From: Candidatus Olsenella pullicola
GTDB taxonomy: Bacteria > Actinomycetota > Coriobacteriia > Coriobacteriales > Atopobiaceae
DNA: 56,774 nucleotides
Direction: 5' to 3'
Assembly (NCBI GenBank): GCA_019117265.1
Contig: DXAB01000172.1
Coordinates: 1-56,774, forward strand
Of the stretch, positions 38,934 through 48,567 are shown in pieces. A model generated the notes under the pieces. That model did no database searches. It saw only the letters and a list, made by a program, of their open reading frames with translations, and was not told the origin of the DNA. Position numbers and translations under genes: made by a program. Numbering within the stretch: the stretch's first letter is position 1; each line of letters starts with the position of its first letter.

Positions 38934-39980
38934 CTAGGCGCGCGCCAGGCGGTCCTCGATGAGGGCCGCGAGCACGTCGCCCAGCTCATGGCCGGCGACG
39001 CGCATCATCTGCGGGAAGCGCGAGTAGGTGGTGAGGCCGGGCATCGAGTTGACCTCGTTGAACACGACCTCGCCCTCCGGCGTGACGAAGAGGTCGACGC
39101 GCGCCAGCCCCTCGCACCCGAGCGCCTCGTAGACCGCGGTTCCGGCGGCGCGCACGCGCGCGAGCACGTCCTCGGGAAGCCCTGCCGGGCAGCGCAGCTC
39201 GGTGTTGGCGCCCGGGTCCTTCTCGAGGTGGATGCGGAAGAAGCCGTCCCCGGAGACCACGATCTCGTCGGGCTCGCCCATCCAGGTGCCGCGTACGGCG
39301 TCGCCCACGATGGCGCAGCCCACCTCAACGCCGGTGATGGCCTCCTCCACCGCAACCTTCTCGTCGAGCGCGATGGCGGCGTCGAGGGCCGCGGCGTAGG
39401 CGCCCTCGTCAGCGGCACGGGCCACCCCGATCGAGGATCCGCCGCGCGCGGGCTTCACAAAGACGGGAAAGCCCCCGCAGGCCTCGACGGCCGTCGCGCG
39501 CTCCTCGGCGGAGCAGCCGCGCCAGAGCACCTCGCAGCGCGGCGAGCGCACCCCCGCGGCGGCGGCCAGGCGGTGCGCCGCGTCCTTGTCCATGCAGACG
39601 GCGCTCGCCATAACGCCGCAGCCCACGTACGGCACGCCCGCGACCTCGAGCGCGCCCTGGACCGTGCCGTCCTCGCCGCCCTGGCCGTGCAGCACCGGCA
39701 GGGCCACGTCCACGCCGAGCGGGCGAGAGGCACCGTCCGGAAGCAGCTCCGCGAGACCCTCACCCGGCACGAGCACGACCGGCACGCAGTCGTGGCCCTC
39801 CCACGGGCCGGTCACCTCGGCGGGGTCCCCGACGTAGCGCAGCCAGCGCCCCTCGCGCGTGATGCCCACGAGCGTGAGCTCGAAGCGCCCCTCAAGCGCA
39901 CCGATCACGTTCTTCGCCGAGCGGCACGAGATGTCGTGATCCGTGGACGTTCCCCCAAAGATCACCGCGACCCTGGTCAT
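38934..39980 (-). CDS. ddl: D-alanine--D-X ligase, VanA/VanB-like (probable D-Ala-D-Lac ligase)
   Basis: FGGTSTDHDIS, LHGQGGEDG, VKPARGGSS, EVGCAIVG, omega loop GFFRIHLE, NEVNSMPG, YSRFPQMM. Confidence 0.85.
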   Translation of the reverse strand: MTRVAVIFGGTSTDHDISCRSAKNVIGALEGRFELTLVGITREGRWLRYVGDPAEVTGPWEGHDCVPVVLVPGEGLAELLPDGASRPLGVDVALPVLHGQGGEDGTVQGALEVAGVPYVGCGVMASAVCMDKDAAHRLAAAAGVRSPRCEVLWRGCSAEERATAVEACGGFPVFVKPARGGSSIGVARAADEGAYAAALDAAIALDEKVAVEEAITGVEVGCAIVGDAVRGTWMGEPDEIVVSGDGFFRIHLEKDPGANTELRCPAGLPEDVLARVRAAGTAVYEALGCEGLARVDLFVTPEGEVVFNEVNSMPGLTTYSRFPQMMRVAGHELGDVLAALIEDRLARA

Positions 39981-40020
39981 GACCTCTCCTTCCGTTGCGT
40001 GAGCGTCCATTATATAGGTG

Positions 40021-40227
40021 CGCGGCGTGTCGAGCGGCACGCCGCGGGATATCGCTGAGGCGGTTGAACCGACCACTTGAGAATGGCCCTACCTCCCAGG
40101 GCGCGCCCCCTCAGGGTCTTCCGCCGTTCTGCACCGTCCGACATGCCCGGACTTCAGGCACGGACCCTCGGGCCAGATCTCTTTGGCTGAGCCCCGGGCA
40201 GCTCTCACCCGAGGGCTCAGCCGCGAT
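40021..40227. ncRNA. Putative structured RNA of unassigned family
   Basis: Several stems in a non-coding gap: 40021-40046, 40079-40089 with 40170-40181, 40113-40118 with 40163-40168, 40136-40152, 40185-40222. Confidence 0.35.
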
Positions 40228-40370
40228 TCCATGCACGCACGATGATGTCTCATATTCATGAATCGTTAGAATTTGTCGTACATATCTATATGACTTGCCA
40301 TCATATGACTAGGCGCTGCAGAGCCCCTGCGCTATAGTCAGCGCGACCTGACCCGCCAGGAAGGACCACC

Positions 40371-41579
40371 GTGAACTCCCCCACCCCCTCCCCGCGCCCG
40401 GCGCACATCCCGGCCCGCGAGCTCCTGCCCCTGCTGGCGCTCACGCTCTCCGCGTTTCTGCTCAACACGTCGGAGTTCGTGCCGATCGGGCTTCTCACGG
40501 ACATCGCGGGGGCCTTCGGGCTCACCGAGTCTGGCGCGGGGCTGATGGTCTCCGTCTACGCATGGGCGGTCGCGCTGCTGTCGCTTCCCCTCATGCTCGC
40601 GGCGAGCCGGATGCCGCCCAAGGAGCTCATCGTCGCGGTTCTCGCCCTCTTCTGTGCGGGTCAGGTTGCCTCTGCCGCAGCACCCAGCTTTGAGCTGCTC
40701 GTCGCCGCGCGCCTGCTCGTAGCGGCCTCGCACGCCGTCTTCTGGTCCGTTGCCACGCCCTTTGCCGTGCGCGTGGCCGCCCCGGCGCGCTCCTCGCTCG
40801 CGATGTCCCTCATCGTCACGGGGACCTCAGTCGCCATGATCTTCGGGCTGCCGCTGGGCCGCGCGCTCGGGCTCGCCCTCGGCTGGCGCATGACGTTTGT
40901 CTGCGTGGCGGCAGCCGCCCTCGTAGCGCTGCTCGCGCTGGTGGCCTGCTTCCCGCGCCTCGATGCCGGGGAGCCGTTCACGCTGACGCGACTCCCCGAG
41001 CTCTGGAGCAACCGCGCGCTCGTGGGCCTCTACCTCGTCACCATCCTCTTTGCGACCGGATACTACACCGCCTACAGCTATATTGAGCCGTTCTTCCAGC
41101 AGGTCGCAGGTCTGCCGGACGCGCTCATAACCTCCGCGCTCACCGTCTTTGGCGTGGCGGGGCTCGCTGGCAGCTGGCTCTTCGCGCGCCTGTTCGACGG
41201 GCACCGGCACGCCTTCCTCTCCGCGACGCTCATCGGCCTCGTGGCGGCGCTGCTCCTGCTTGCCCCGAGCGCGGGCCTGGGCGCAGGTCCGTTCGTGACC
41301 TGCGCGGTCTGGGGCGCCTCGGCGACCGCCTACAACGTTGCCGCGCAGGCCGAGGTCATCCGCACGACCGGTCAGGGGTCCTCGGCCGTGGCGATGTCGA
41401 TCTTCTCCGGCCTCTTCAACGTGGGGATCGGCGCGGGCTCGCTCGTGGGCGGGCTCGTCTGCGACGGACCTGGCATCGCGCTGGTGGGCCTGGTCGGGGC
41501 ATGCGTCTCCGGGACGGGGGCGCTCTTTTGCGTGGGTCGGCTGGGCAGCCTGCTCGCGCGAGCGGGGCGCACCTCGTAA
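40371..41579 (+). CDS. MFS transporter (SotB/NepI-like efflux family)
   Basis: AFLLNTSEFVPIGLL, SHAVFWS, GLPLGR and FNVGIGAGS motifs; about 12 TM segments. Confidence 0.88.
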   Translation: MNSPTPSPRPAHIPARELLPLLALTLSAFLLNTSEFVPIGLLTDIAGAFGLTESGAGLMVSVYAWAVALLSLPLMLAASRMPPKELIVAVLALFCAGQVASAAAPSFELLVAARLLVAASHAVFWSVATPFAVRVAAPARSSLAMSLIVTGTSVAMIFGLPLGRALGLALGWRMTFVCVAAAALVALLALVACFPRLDAGEPFTLTRLPELWSNRALVGLYLVTILFATGYYTAYSYIEPFFQQVAGLPDALITSALTVFGVAGLAGSWLFARLFDGHRHAFLSATLIGLVAALLLLAPSAGLGAGPFVTCAVWGASATAYNVAAQAEVIRTTGQGSSAVAMSIFSGLFNVGIGAGSLVGGLVCDGPGIALVGLVGACVSGTGALFCVGRLGSLLARAGRTS

Positions 41580-41668
41580 GGCGCATAGAGACGCACGAGG
41601 GGCTTCCTCGCCCGGGGCCACGCGCACGCGAGGACAAAGGCCATCTCAGACGCCGCGGGTCCTCGCGA

Positions 41669-42211
41669 CTACGCCTCCCTCTCGGGATAGCGCGGGGACA
41701 CCAATCCGGCGCGCTCGAGGGAGACCACGATGGGCACCACGACCGCGAGCTGCAAGACGATGCCCATGAGGCTCGTGACAAAGGAGGCGGCCACCCAGAC
41801 CTCAAGGGAGTAGGCGCCGGGCGAGAAGATCAGAGCGCGCAGCACGCCGTTGACGATGCGCCCGGCCAGCATGGCGCCAATGAGCGAGACGTAGAGGTCG
41901 CGCGACGTCGCACCGGTGCGCACGTGCGTCGCAAGCAGCCCCGAGACCAGTCCGTAGGTGAGAAGCTCGCAGGTCATGGGCGGCAGCATCGGCGCAGCGG
42001 GCATGCCGGTGAGAACGCCGGAGAGCACAGGCCCCACAAGCCCGGTCACCGCCCCGGCCGCGGGGCCCGCCACCAAGCCGGAGATCATCACGGGGATATG
42101 CATGGGAAGCCACGTGGCACCGGCGTTGGGAACGGAGTGGAAGGCCATCGGAAGCACGACGCAGAGGGCGGCGCAGACGGCGGCGATGACGACTCTCTTG
42201 ACCTGACTCAT
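41669..42211 (-). CDS. ECF transporter S component
   Basis: Small hydrophobic protein with LPMHIPV..G...GP motif, last in the ecfA-ecfA-ecfT run. Confidence 0.85.
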   Translation of the reverse strand: MSQVKRVVIAAVCAALCVVLPMAFHSVPNAGATWLPMHIPVMISGLVAGPAAGAVTGLVGPVLSGVLTGMPAAPMLPPMTCELLTYGLVSGLLATHVRTGATSRDLYVSLIGAMLAGRIVNGVLRALIFSPGAYSLEVWVAASFVTSLMGIVLQLAVVVPIVVSLERAGLVSPRYPEREA

Positions 42212-42939
42212 TGACGAACCTTCCTCACTCCCCCGCGAGCGGACTCTCGCGGCCGGTCCAGGCGATACCCACGTGCCTCCATTGCCACGGAGAGCTCGTC
42301 GGCGCGACGGACCGCGGACACGAAGATGGGCACGAGCAGCCGAACATAACTGACGGCGCGTCGCATAATACCACGGGCCTCAACGCCGCCGCAACGCACC
42401 TGCTGAGCCCGCATGAGCTGGTGGCTCTCCCGCAGAAGCGTGGGGACAAACTGCACCGTCACGCCCACAGCCAGCGCCACCACCTCAACGGGCATGCCCA
42501 GGCGCCCGAGGGGGCGCATGAGGCTCCGGACGCCGTCGACGAGCTCCTGCGGCCGGGTCGTGGCCGTGAGCAGGGTGCCGAGAACCACGACGAGCAGCGT
42601 GCGAACCACAATGCGCCCTCCCTGGGCAAGCCCCTCCAGCGTGAGACGGGCGGGACCGAACACAAGGAGCGGGTCCGCGCCGTCAAAGAGCAGCGCGTTG
42701 AGCGCGAGCACCGTGAGCAGGAACCACCGCATTCCCCACGCCGCACGTACCGCGGCGCGCCAGCCCGTCCGCGAGAGGACCGCAAGAGCCGCCACGCCAA
42801 CCGCAGCCGCCGCAAGCTCCAGCGGGGTCGACGCGAGGACCACGAGCACCACGCAGCAGACAAGACCGACGATCTTGACGGGCGCACCCAGGCGGTGCAG
42901 CGGGGAGTCCGCCCACACGTATCCAAAGACTTCCCTCAC
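42208..42939 (-). CDS. ecfT: ECF transporter transmembrane T component
   Basis: SPLHRL, ATTRPQEL, AQQVRC and AMEARGY motifs. Confidence 0.88.
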   Translation of the reverse strand: MREVFGYVWADSPLHRLGAPVKIVGLVCCVVLVVLASTPLELAAAAVGVAALAVLSRTGWRAAVRAAWGMRWFLLTVLALNALLFDGADPLLVFGPARLTLEGLAQGGRIVVRTLLVVVLGTLLTATTRPQELVDGVRSLMRPLGRLGMPVEVVALAVGVTVQFVPTLLRESHQLMRAQQVRCGGVEARGIMRRAVSYVRLLVPIFVSAVRRADELSVAMEARGYRLDRPRESARGGVRKVRQ

Positions 42940-43781
42940 CCGCGACCCCTCCCGCGCGCGATGGCCTCAGCGAGCTCCCCCGCCGTGAGCGGCGCCCCCT
43001 CCACAGGCACGCCCGCTCGCCTCAGGGCCGCGGAGGCGCGTGCGGCGCAGGCCGGCTCGAGACCGTGCGCCCGCATGAGCGAGGCGTCGCCGAGCAGATC
43101 GCGCACGGGGCCGTCAAGCGTCACACGCCCGCCCTCGAGGACGACCACGCGGTCGGCGACAGCGGCGAGCGCGTTGGCGTCGTGGCTCGCCATGACGACG
43201 GTGGCGCCGTCCGCTGCCGCGGCGCGCACCGCGGCCAGGCACGCATCGCGCGCCCGGGGGTCGAGCCCGGCCGTCGGCTCGTCGAGGAGCAGCAGCGCCG
43301 GCGAGAGCGCCAGGACCGAGGCGAGCGCAACCCGCCGCTGCTGCCCTCCTGAGAGCGAGAAGGGCGAGCGCCGGGCAAGCGCCCGCAGGGAGAGCCCCAT
43401 GAGCGCCAGGGAGGACTCCGCGCGCTCGCGCGCCTCGGACTCGCTCGTGCCCCGCGCACGCAGCCCGAAGGTGACCTCGTCCCCCACCGTCGGCTCGAAG
43501 AACTGCCGCTCGGGAATCTGGAAGACGAGCCCCACCGACCCCGCGCGCTCGCGCGCATCGCGTCCGCGCGCGGCATTCTCGCCGTCCACGAGCACGCGCC
43601 CCTCGTCCGGGGAGAGCACGCCGGCCATCACCTCGAGAAGCGTCGTCTTGCCCGAGCCCGTCTGGCCCATGAGGCCACAGACGCCTCCCGTGAGCTCGAG
43701 GGACACGTCCGTCAGCGCACGGACCCTGCCGCGCGCCGCGTCTCCAAAGGAGATGCCCACCGCCTCGAGCGTCACCCGCAC
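42936..43781 (-). CDS. ecfA2: ECF transporter ATPase
   Basis: GQTGSGKT, VFQIPERQFF, SPFSLSGGQQRR, DEPTAGLDP. Confidence 0.87.
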   Translation of the reverse strand: MRVTLEAVGISFGDAARGRVRALTDVSLELTGGVCGLMGQTGSGKTTLLEVMAGVLSPDEGRVLVDGENAARGRDARERAGSVGLVFQIPERQFFEPTVGDEVTFGLRARGTSESEARERAESSLALMGLSLRALARRSPFSLSGGQQRRVALASVLALSPALLLLDEPTAGLDPRARDACLAAVRAAAADGATVVMASHDANALAAVADRVVVLEGGRVTLDGPVRDLLGDASLMRAHGLEPACAARASAALRRAGVPVEGAPLTAGELAEAIARGRGRG

Positions 43782-44596
43782 AGCGCTCTCACCAGCCCCT
43801 CCACGGTCACGGGGGCGGGCCCCGTGACCTCGCCCAGCTCAACGAGTCCCTCCCAGACGCGTGCCGCGAGGGGCGGCTCCAGGCCGGCGCTCTCGAGCAG
43901 CGCCGTGTCGGTGAGGACGTCCTCGGGCCGCCCCTCGGCGGCAAGCTCGCCCGCGCGCATCACCACCACGCGATCGGCGCGCGCGGCGAGCTCCATGTCG
44001 TGGGTAATCCAGATGACGGTCGCACCCCGCTCCTCACGGGCGGCGAGAACGGCACGGACGAGCTCGTCGCGTCCCCGGGGGTCGATCATCGACGTCGCCT
44101 CGTCAAGCACGATCACGGCGGGGTCGCTCGCGAGCACGCCGGCGAGCGCCACGCGCTGCTGCTGACCCCCGGACAGCGCGTGCACGTCACGCCGCTCAAA
44201 GCCCTCGAGGCCCACGGCACAGAGCGCCTCCCGGGCGACCTCCCGGGCACGCTCCTGGCCCAGGCCGAAGTTGCGGGGGCCAAAGGCCACGTCCTCGCCC
44301 ACGAGCGAAGAGACAAACTGGTTCTCGGGATTCTGAAAGACCATGCCGCAGGCGCGGCGCAGATCCCAGAGGAGGTCGGGGTCGGACGCATCGAGCCCCG
44401 CCACCGCAAGCTCGCCCGCCTGCAGGGGGATGAGGGCATTGAGGTGCCGCGCGAGCGTGGTCTTTCCAGAGCCGTTCTCGCCCACAACGGCAACGAGCTC
44501 GCCGGGGGCCACGGAGAGCGTGACGCCGCTCAGCGTGGGACGGCCGCTCACGTACGCGTGACAGACGTCGCGTGCGTCCACGATCTTCTCGCCCAT
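43772..44596 (-). CDS. ecfA1: ECF transporter ATPase
   Basis: GENGSGKT, VFQNPENQF, LSGGQQQR, DEATSMIDP; start MGEKIV at 44596. Confidence 0.87.
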   Translation of the reverse strand: MGEKIVDARDVCHAYVSGRPTLSGVTLSVAPGELVAVVGENGSGKTTLARHLNALIPLQAGELAVAGLDASDPDLLWDLRRACGMVFQNPENQFVSSLVGEDVAFGPRNFGLGQERAREVAREALCAVGLEGFERRDVHALSGGQQQRVALAGVLASDPAVIVLDEATSMIDPRGRDELVRAVLAAREERGATVIWITHDMELAARADRVVVMRAGELAAEGRPEDVLTDTALLESAGLEPPLAARVWEGLVELGEVTGPAPVTVEGLVRALCG

Positions 44597-44750
44597 GTGC
44601 CCCCCTCTCGTGCATTGTTGACAAAACGTCGCCAATTGTAGCGCATGAGCCGTTGGGCGTTGTAGCGATAAAAGCATAACGCTGCCCATAAAAGCACCTC
44701 TCACCTGCGCTATCCTTAATGAGTTACCGACAAGGCAAGAAGGAGGACAC

Positions 44751-45560
44751 GTGCTCACCTTTGAGAAGTACGTCTGCCCTGACACACCGCAGGAGGCCTA
44801 TGACCTCGTGCGGGAGAACCGGCTCGCCACCGTCATCGGAGGCATGATGTGGCTGCGCCTCGCCGACCGCGTGGCACCGCTCGGCATCGACCTCTCCCGC
44901 TGCGGCCTCGACCAGATCGAGGAGACGGAGGAGGGCTTCAGAATCGGCGCCATGGTGACGCTTGGCCAGCTCGAGAACCACGCCGGCTTTGCGGCCGCAA
45001 CGGGCGGCATCTTCACCGAGGCAGTCCGAGACATCGTGGGCACCCAGTTCAGGAACACCGCCACCGTGGGCGGCTCGGTCTTCGCCCGCATGGGCTTCTC
45101 GGACGTCGTGACGGCGCTCCTGGTGCTGGACACCGAGGTCGAGCTCGTGGGCGCGGGGGCCATGCCGCTCCTTCCCTTCGTGGAGCGCGGCGCCGGGCGT
45201 GACGTCCTCACCCACGTGTTTGTTCGCAAGCACCACTACCGCGCGGCCTTTGCGTCCGTCCGCAACGCCGCGACGGACTTCTCCGCGCTCAACGCGGCGG
45301 CGGGCCTCTGGCGCGGCTCCTGGCACGTTGCCGTGGGCGCGCGCCCCAAGAAGGCCGTGCTGCTCACCGGCGGCGACGAGCTCACCCCACTGCGCAGGAG
45401 CTTCTCCCCCGCCGAGCTCGACGCCGTGTGCGACCTCGCGGAGGACATCGACTACGGCTCCGACCTGCGCGGCACCGCCGAGTGGCGCCGGGCCGTGGCA
45501 CCCGTGCTCATCCGCCGCGCCATCGAGAGCGCGTCTTCCAAGGAGGTTGCCGCATGCTAG
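44751..45560 (+). CDS. Molybdenum hydroxylase FAD-binding subunit (YgfM/CoxM-like)
   Basis: IGGMMWLRL, IGAMVTL, QFRNTATVGGS and SDLRGTAEWR motifs. Confidence 0.87.
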   Translation: MLTFEKYVCPDTPQEAYDLVRENRLATVIGGMMWLRLADRVAPLGIDLSRCGLDQIEETEEGFRIGAMVTLGQLENHAGFAAATGGIFTEAVRDIVGTQFRNTATVGGSVFARMGFSDVVTALLVLDTEVELVGAGAMPLLPFVERGAGRDVLTHVFVRKHHYRAAFASVRNAATDFSALNAAAGLWRGSWHVAVGARPKKAVLLTGGDELTPLRRSFSPAELDAVCDLAEDIDYGSDLRGTAEWRRAVAPVLIRRAIESASSKEVAAC

Positions 45561-48334
45561 TCACCCTCACCCTCAACGGCGCCCGCCTCTCCGAGGACGT
45601 TCGCCCCGACATGACCCTCTTCGACTTCTGCCGCGCGCACGGCTACAAGTCCGTCAAGTGCGCCTGCGAGACATCAAACTGCGGCCTCTGCACCGTCCTT
45701 CTTGACGGCGAGCCCGTGCTCTCCTGCTCCGTCCTGATGGCCCGCGCCGACGGGCATGCCGTCACCACGCTCGAGGGCATGCGCGACGGCCGCCGAGAGC
45801 TGCTCTCGCGCTGCCTCGCCGAGGAGGGCGCCGAGCAGTGCGGCTTCTGCGCGCCCGGCCTTGAGATGGCGGTCCTTGCCATGGACGCCGCGCACCCGGA
45901 CGCCGACGACGAGACCATCCGTCGCTACCTCTCCGGCAACCTCTGCCGCTGCTCCGGCTACGCGAGCCAGATGCGCGCCATCCGCCGCTTCCTCGCGCGC
46001 CACGCAAACGGCGGCGAGCTGCCCCCGCGCGACGTCCCGGCCGACCCCACCACGCAGGGCGGCGAGACGCACGAGCAGGTGGCACGCCCCGTTTCCAAGA
46101 AGGACTCGGGCGCGCTCCTTGCCGGCAAGCCGGTCTACACCGCGGACCTCGCCCCCGAGGGCGCGCTCGTGGTGAAGCTCGTGCGCTCGCGTCACGCAAA
46201 CGCCCTCGTCACGGGCGTCGACAAGAGCCGCGCGCTCGAGGTCCCGGGCGTCGTGGCCGTCTTTGGGCCCGACGACGTGCCGCACCACCGCTTCACCCTC
46301 GCGGGGCAGAGCTTCCTCGAGCCGAGCCCCTACGACACCGTCATTCTCGACCGCCACGTGCGTTACGTGGGCGACGAGGTCGCGATGGTCGTCGCCGAGA
46401 GCGAGGACGCGGCGGCCGCGGGCGTGCGCGCCGTCAAGGTGACCTACGAGCAGCTGCCCGCCGTCCTTGACGTGGAGGAGGCGCTCGACAACGAGGTCGT
46501 GATCCACGACGAGGACGACTGGAGGCACGGCAGCGACACCTCCGGGGACGCCGCACGCAACCTCGTGGCGCACGGCGAGACCGTCCACGGCGACCTTGAC
46601 GCCGCGTTTGCCGCCTCAGACGTGGTGATCGAGTGCACCTATCGCACGCAGGCCACGCAGCAGGCCATGATGGAGACCTTCCGCTCCTTTGCCTACACGG
46701 ACGCCTTTGGCCGCCTCACCGTGGTGAGCTCCACGCAGGTGCCCTTCCACATTCGCCGGCAGGTCGCAACCGCGCTCGGCCTTCCCAAGCACCAGGTGCG
46801 CGTCATCAAGCCGCGCGTGGGCGGCGGCTTTGGCGCCAAGCAGAGCGGCTGCAACGAGGCCTTTGCCGCGCTCGCCGCGCTCAAGACCGGGCGCCCCTGC
46901 ATCTGCTCCTACACGCGCGAGGAGACGATGAGCTGCTCCAACACGCGCCACGAGATGGTCATGAGGGTGCGCGTGGGCGCGCGCCGCGACGGAACGATCG
47001 AGGCCATCGACCTCTACGCGCTCTCCAACGCCGGAGCCTACGGCTACCACGGCACCACCACGGTCACCCTCGTGGGCGGCAAGACCCTGCCCATCTACAA
47101 CCACGCTGCCGCCAGCCGCTTTGCCTATGACGTGGTCTACACCAACACCACGCCGGGCGGCGCCTATCGAGGCTACGGCGCGACGCAGGGCTGCTTTGCC
47201 GTGGAGTCCGCGATCAACGAGCTTTCTGACGAGCTTGGCATGGACCCGTGCGAGCTGCGCCTCAAGAACCTCGTGAAGCCCGGCGAGACGCTCTGGCAGC
47301 TGGGGCAGGAGCACCTCAACAGCTGCCGCCTCGACGAGTGCCTCGAGCGCGCGATGGACATGGTGGGCTGGAAGGGCCGCCCGCTCTCCGAGGACCTCGG
47401 CGACCGCGTGCGCGGCATAGGCGTTGCCCTCACGATGCAGGGCTCCGGCATCTCCAACCTTGACATCGCCAACGTCGACATCCGTCTTGAGGACGACGGC
47501 TTCTACGTCCTCTCCATCGGTGCCACCGACGTGGGCACGGGCGCGGACACCATCCTCGCCCAGATGGCTGCCGAGGCGCTCGGCTGCGACGTCGACCGCA
47601 TTGTCACCAAGGGCGTGGACACCGACACCTCCCCCTTCGACACCGGCGCCTACGCCTCCTCCGGCACCTACATCACGGGTGGCGCCGTCCTGCGCGCGGC
47701 CGAGGACCTCATCGCCAAGATCCGCGCCCAGGCAGCCAACGTCTGGGGCGTCGAGGCCGAGGACGTGGAGTTTGACGGCGAGTGCGTCCGCTGTGGCGAG
47801 AACGAGATGACCGTCGCCGCGCTGGCCAACCGAATGATCGGCTTTGGCCTGCAGCCGGGCATGCTCGAGGGCCACGGTTCCAACACGCAGCCCACCTCGC
47901 CGCCTCCCTACATGGCCGGCATCGCCGAGGTCGAGGTTGACAAGGCCACCGGCAAGGTCGAGGTCACGGACTACGCCGCCGTCGTGGACTGCGGCACCGT
48001 CATCAACCCCGCCCTCGCCCGCGTTCAGGCCGAGGGCGGTATCTCCCAGGGCATTGGCATGGCGCTCACCGAGGACGTGGTCCGCGACGAGCGCGGCGGC
48101 CTGCGCACGAGCAGCTTCATGACCTACAAGGTGCCCACGCGCATGGACGTGCCCGAGATGCGCGTCGAGTTCATGCCGAGCTTTGAGCCCACGGGCCCCT
48201 TCGGCGCAAAGTCCATCGGCGAGGTCGTCATCAACACGCCCTCCCCAGCGATCACGAGCGCCGTCGCCCACGCCACGGGCCGCTACGTTCGCTGCCTTCC
48301 GATCACCCCGAGCAAGGTGCTTCTCGGCGAGTGA
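45554..48334 (+). CDS. Xanthine dehydrogenase family protein with fused 2Fe-2S and molybdopterin-binding domains (XdhD-like)
   Basis: CETSNCGLC, QCGFC, GNLCRCSGY; VGGGFGAKQ, AYRGYG, GAKSIGE. Confidence 0.9.
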   Translation: MLVTLTLNGARLSEDVRPDMTLFDFCRAHGYKSVKCACETSNCGLCTVLLDGEPVLSCSVLMARADGHAVTTLEGMRDGRRELLSRCLAEEGAEQCGFCAPGLEMAVLAMDAAHPDADDETIRRYLSGNLCRCSGYASQMRAIRRFLARHANGGELPPRDVPADPTTQGGETHEQVARPVSKKDSGALLAGKPVYTADLAPEGALVVKLVRSRHANALVTGVDKSRALEVPGVVAVFGPDDVPHHRFTLAGQSFLEPSPYDTVILDRHVRYVGDEVAMVVAESEDAAAAGVRAVKVTYEQLPAVLDVEEALDNEVVIHDEDDWRHGSDTSGDAARNLVAHGETVHGDLDAAFAASDVVIECTYRTQATQQAMMETFRSFAYTDAFGRLTVVSSTQVPFHIRRQVATALGLPKHQVRVIKPRVGGGFGAKQSGCNEAFAALAALKTGRPCICSYTREETMSCSNTRHEMVMRVRVGARRDGTIEAIDLYALSNAGAYGYHGTTTVTLVGGKTLPIYNHAAASRFAYDVVYTNTTPGGAYRGYGATQGCFAVESAINELSDELGMDPCELRLKNLVKPGETLWQLGQEHLNSCRLDECLERAMDMVGWKGRPLSEDLGDRVRGIGVALTMQGSGISNLDIANVDIRLEDDGFYVLSIGATDVGTGADTILAQMAAEALGCDVDRIVTKGVDTDTSPFDTGAYASSGTYITGGAVLRAAEDLIAKIRAQAANVWGVEAEDVEFDGECVRCGENEMTVAALANRMIGFGLQPGMLEGHGSNTQPTSPPPYMAGIAEVEVDKATGKVEVTDYAAVVDCGTVINPALARVQAEGGISQGIGMALTEDVVRDERGGLRTSSFMTYKVPTRMDVPEMRVEFMPSFEPTGPFGAKSIGEVVINTPSPAITSAVAHATGRYVRCLPITPSKVLLGE

Positions 48335-48367
48335 CGTCCCTCGGCGCGTTCCTCTCGCTGACACTTT

Positions 48368-48415
48368 GACCCTCCCCGACCTACGGACCTCCCAATTCGT
48401 AGGTCAGGGAGGGTC
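48368..48415. repeat. Solo family F-like hairpin, probably also the terminator of the Mo-hydroxylase operon
   Basis: GACCCTCCCcGACCTACG-N12-CGTAGGTCaGGGAGGGTC followed by TTTTCTT. Confidence 0.7.
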
Positions 48416-48567
48416 TTTTCTTCCTTTCCCCCTCATGCCCACGGTGCGGCGGGAAGGGCGGGGGCCTGACGACGGGACGGCCTTACGCAGACCTGCCACG
48501 TCGAGAACGGCATGCGAGCGTCGCTCGCGGTAAAATCGGTCGGTTGACCGCTCAGCCCGGAGGCCAG

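Noticed and set aside
40051-40227. 6S RNA, SAM-I, T-box, RNase P or tRNA-Sec
   Set aside because: Only short word matches were found; their order and spacing do not fit any of these, so it is left unassigned.
48420-48500. Cobalamin riboswitch (GGGAAGG and AGACCTGCC words)
   Set aside because: The AGGGAA-CGGTG-AATCCG and GCAACTGT core is absent, and the downstream genes are exporters.
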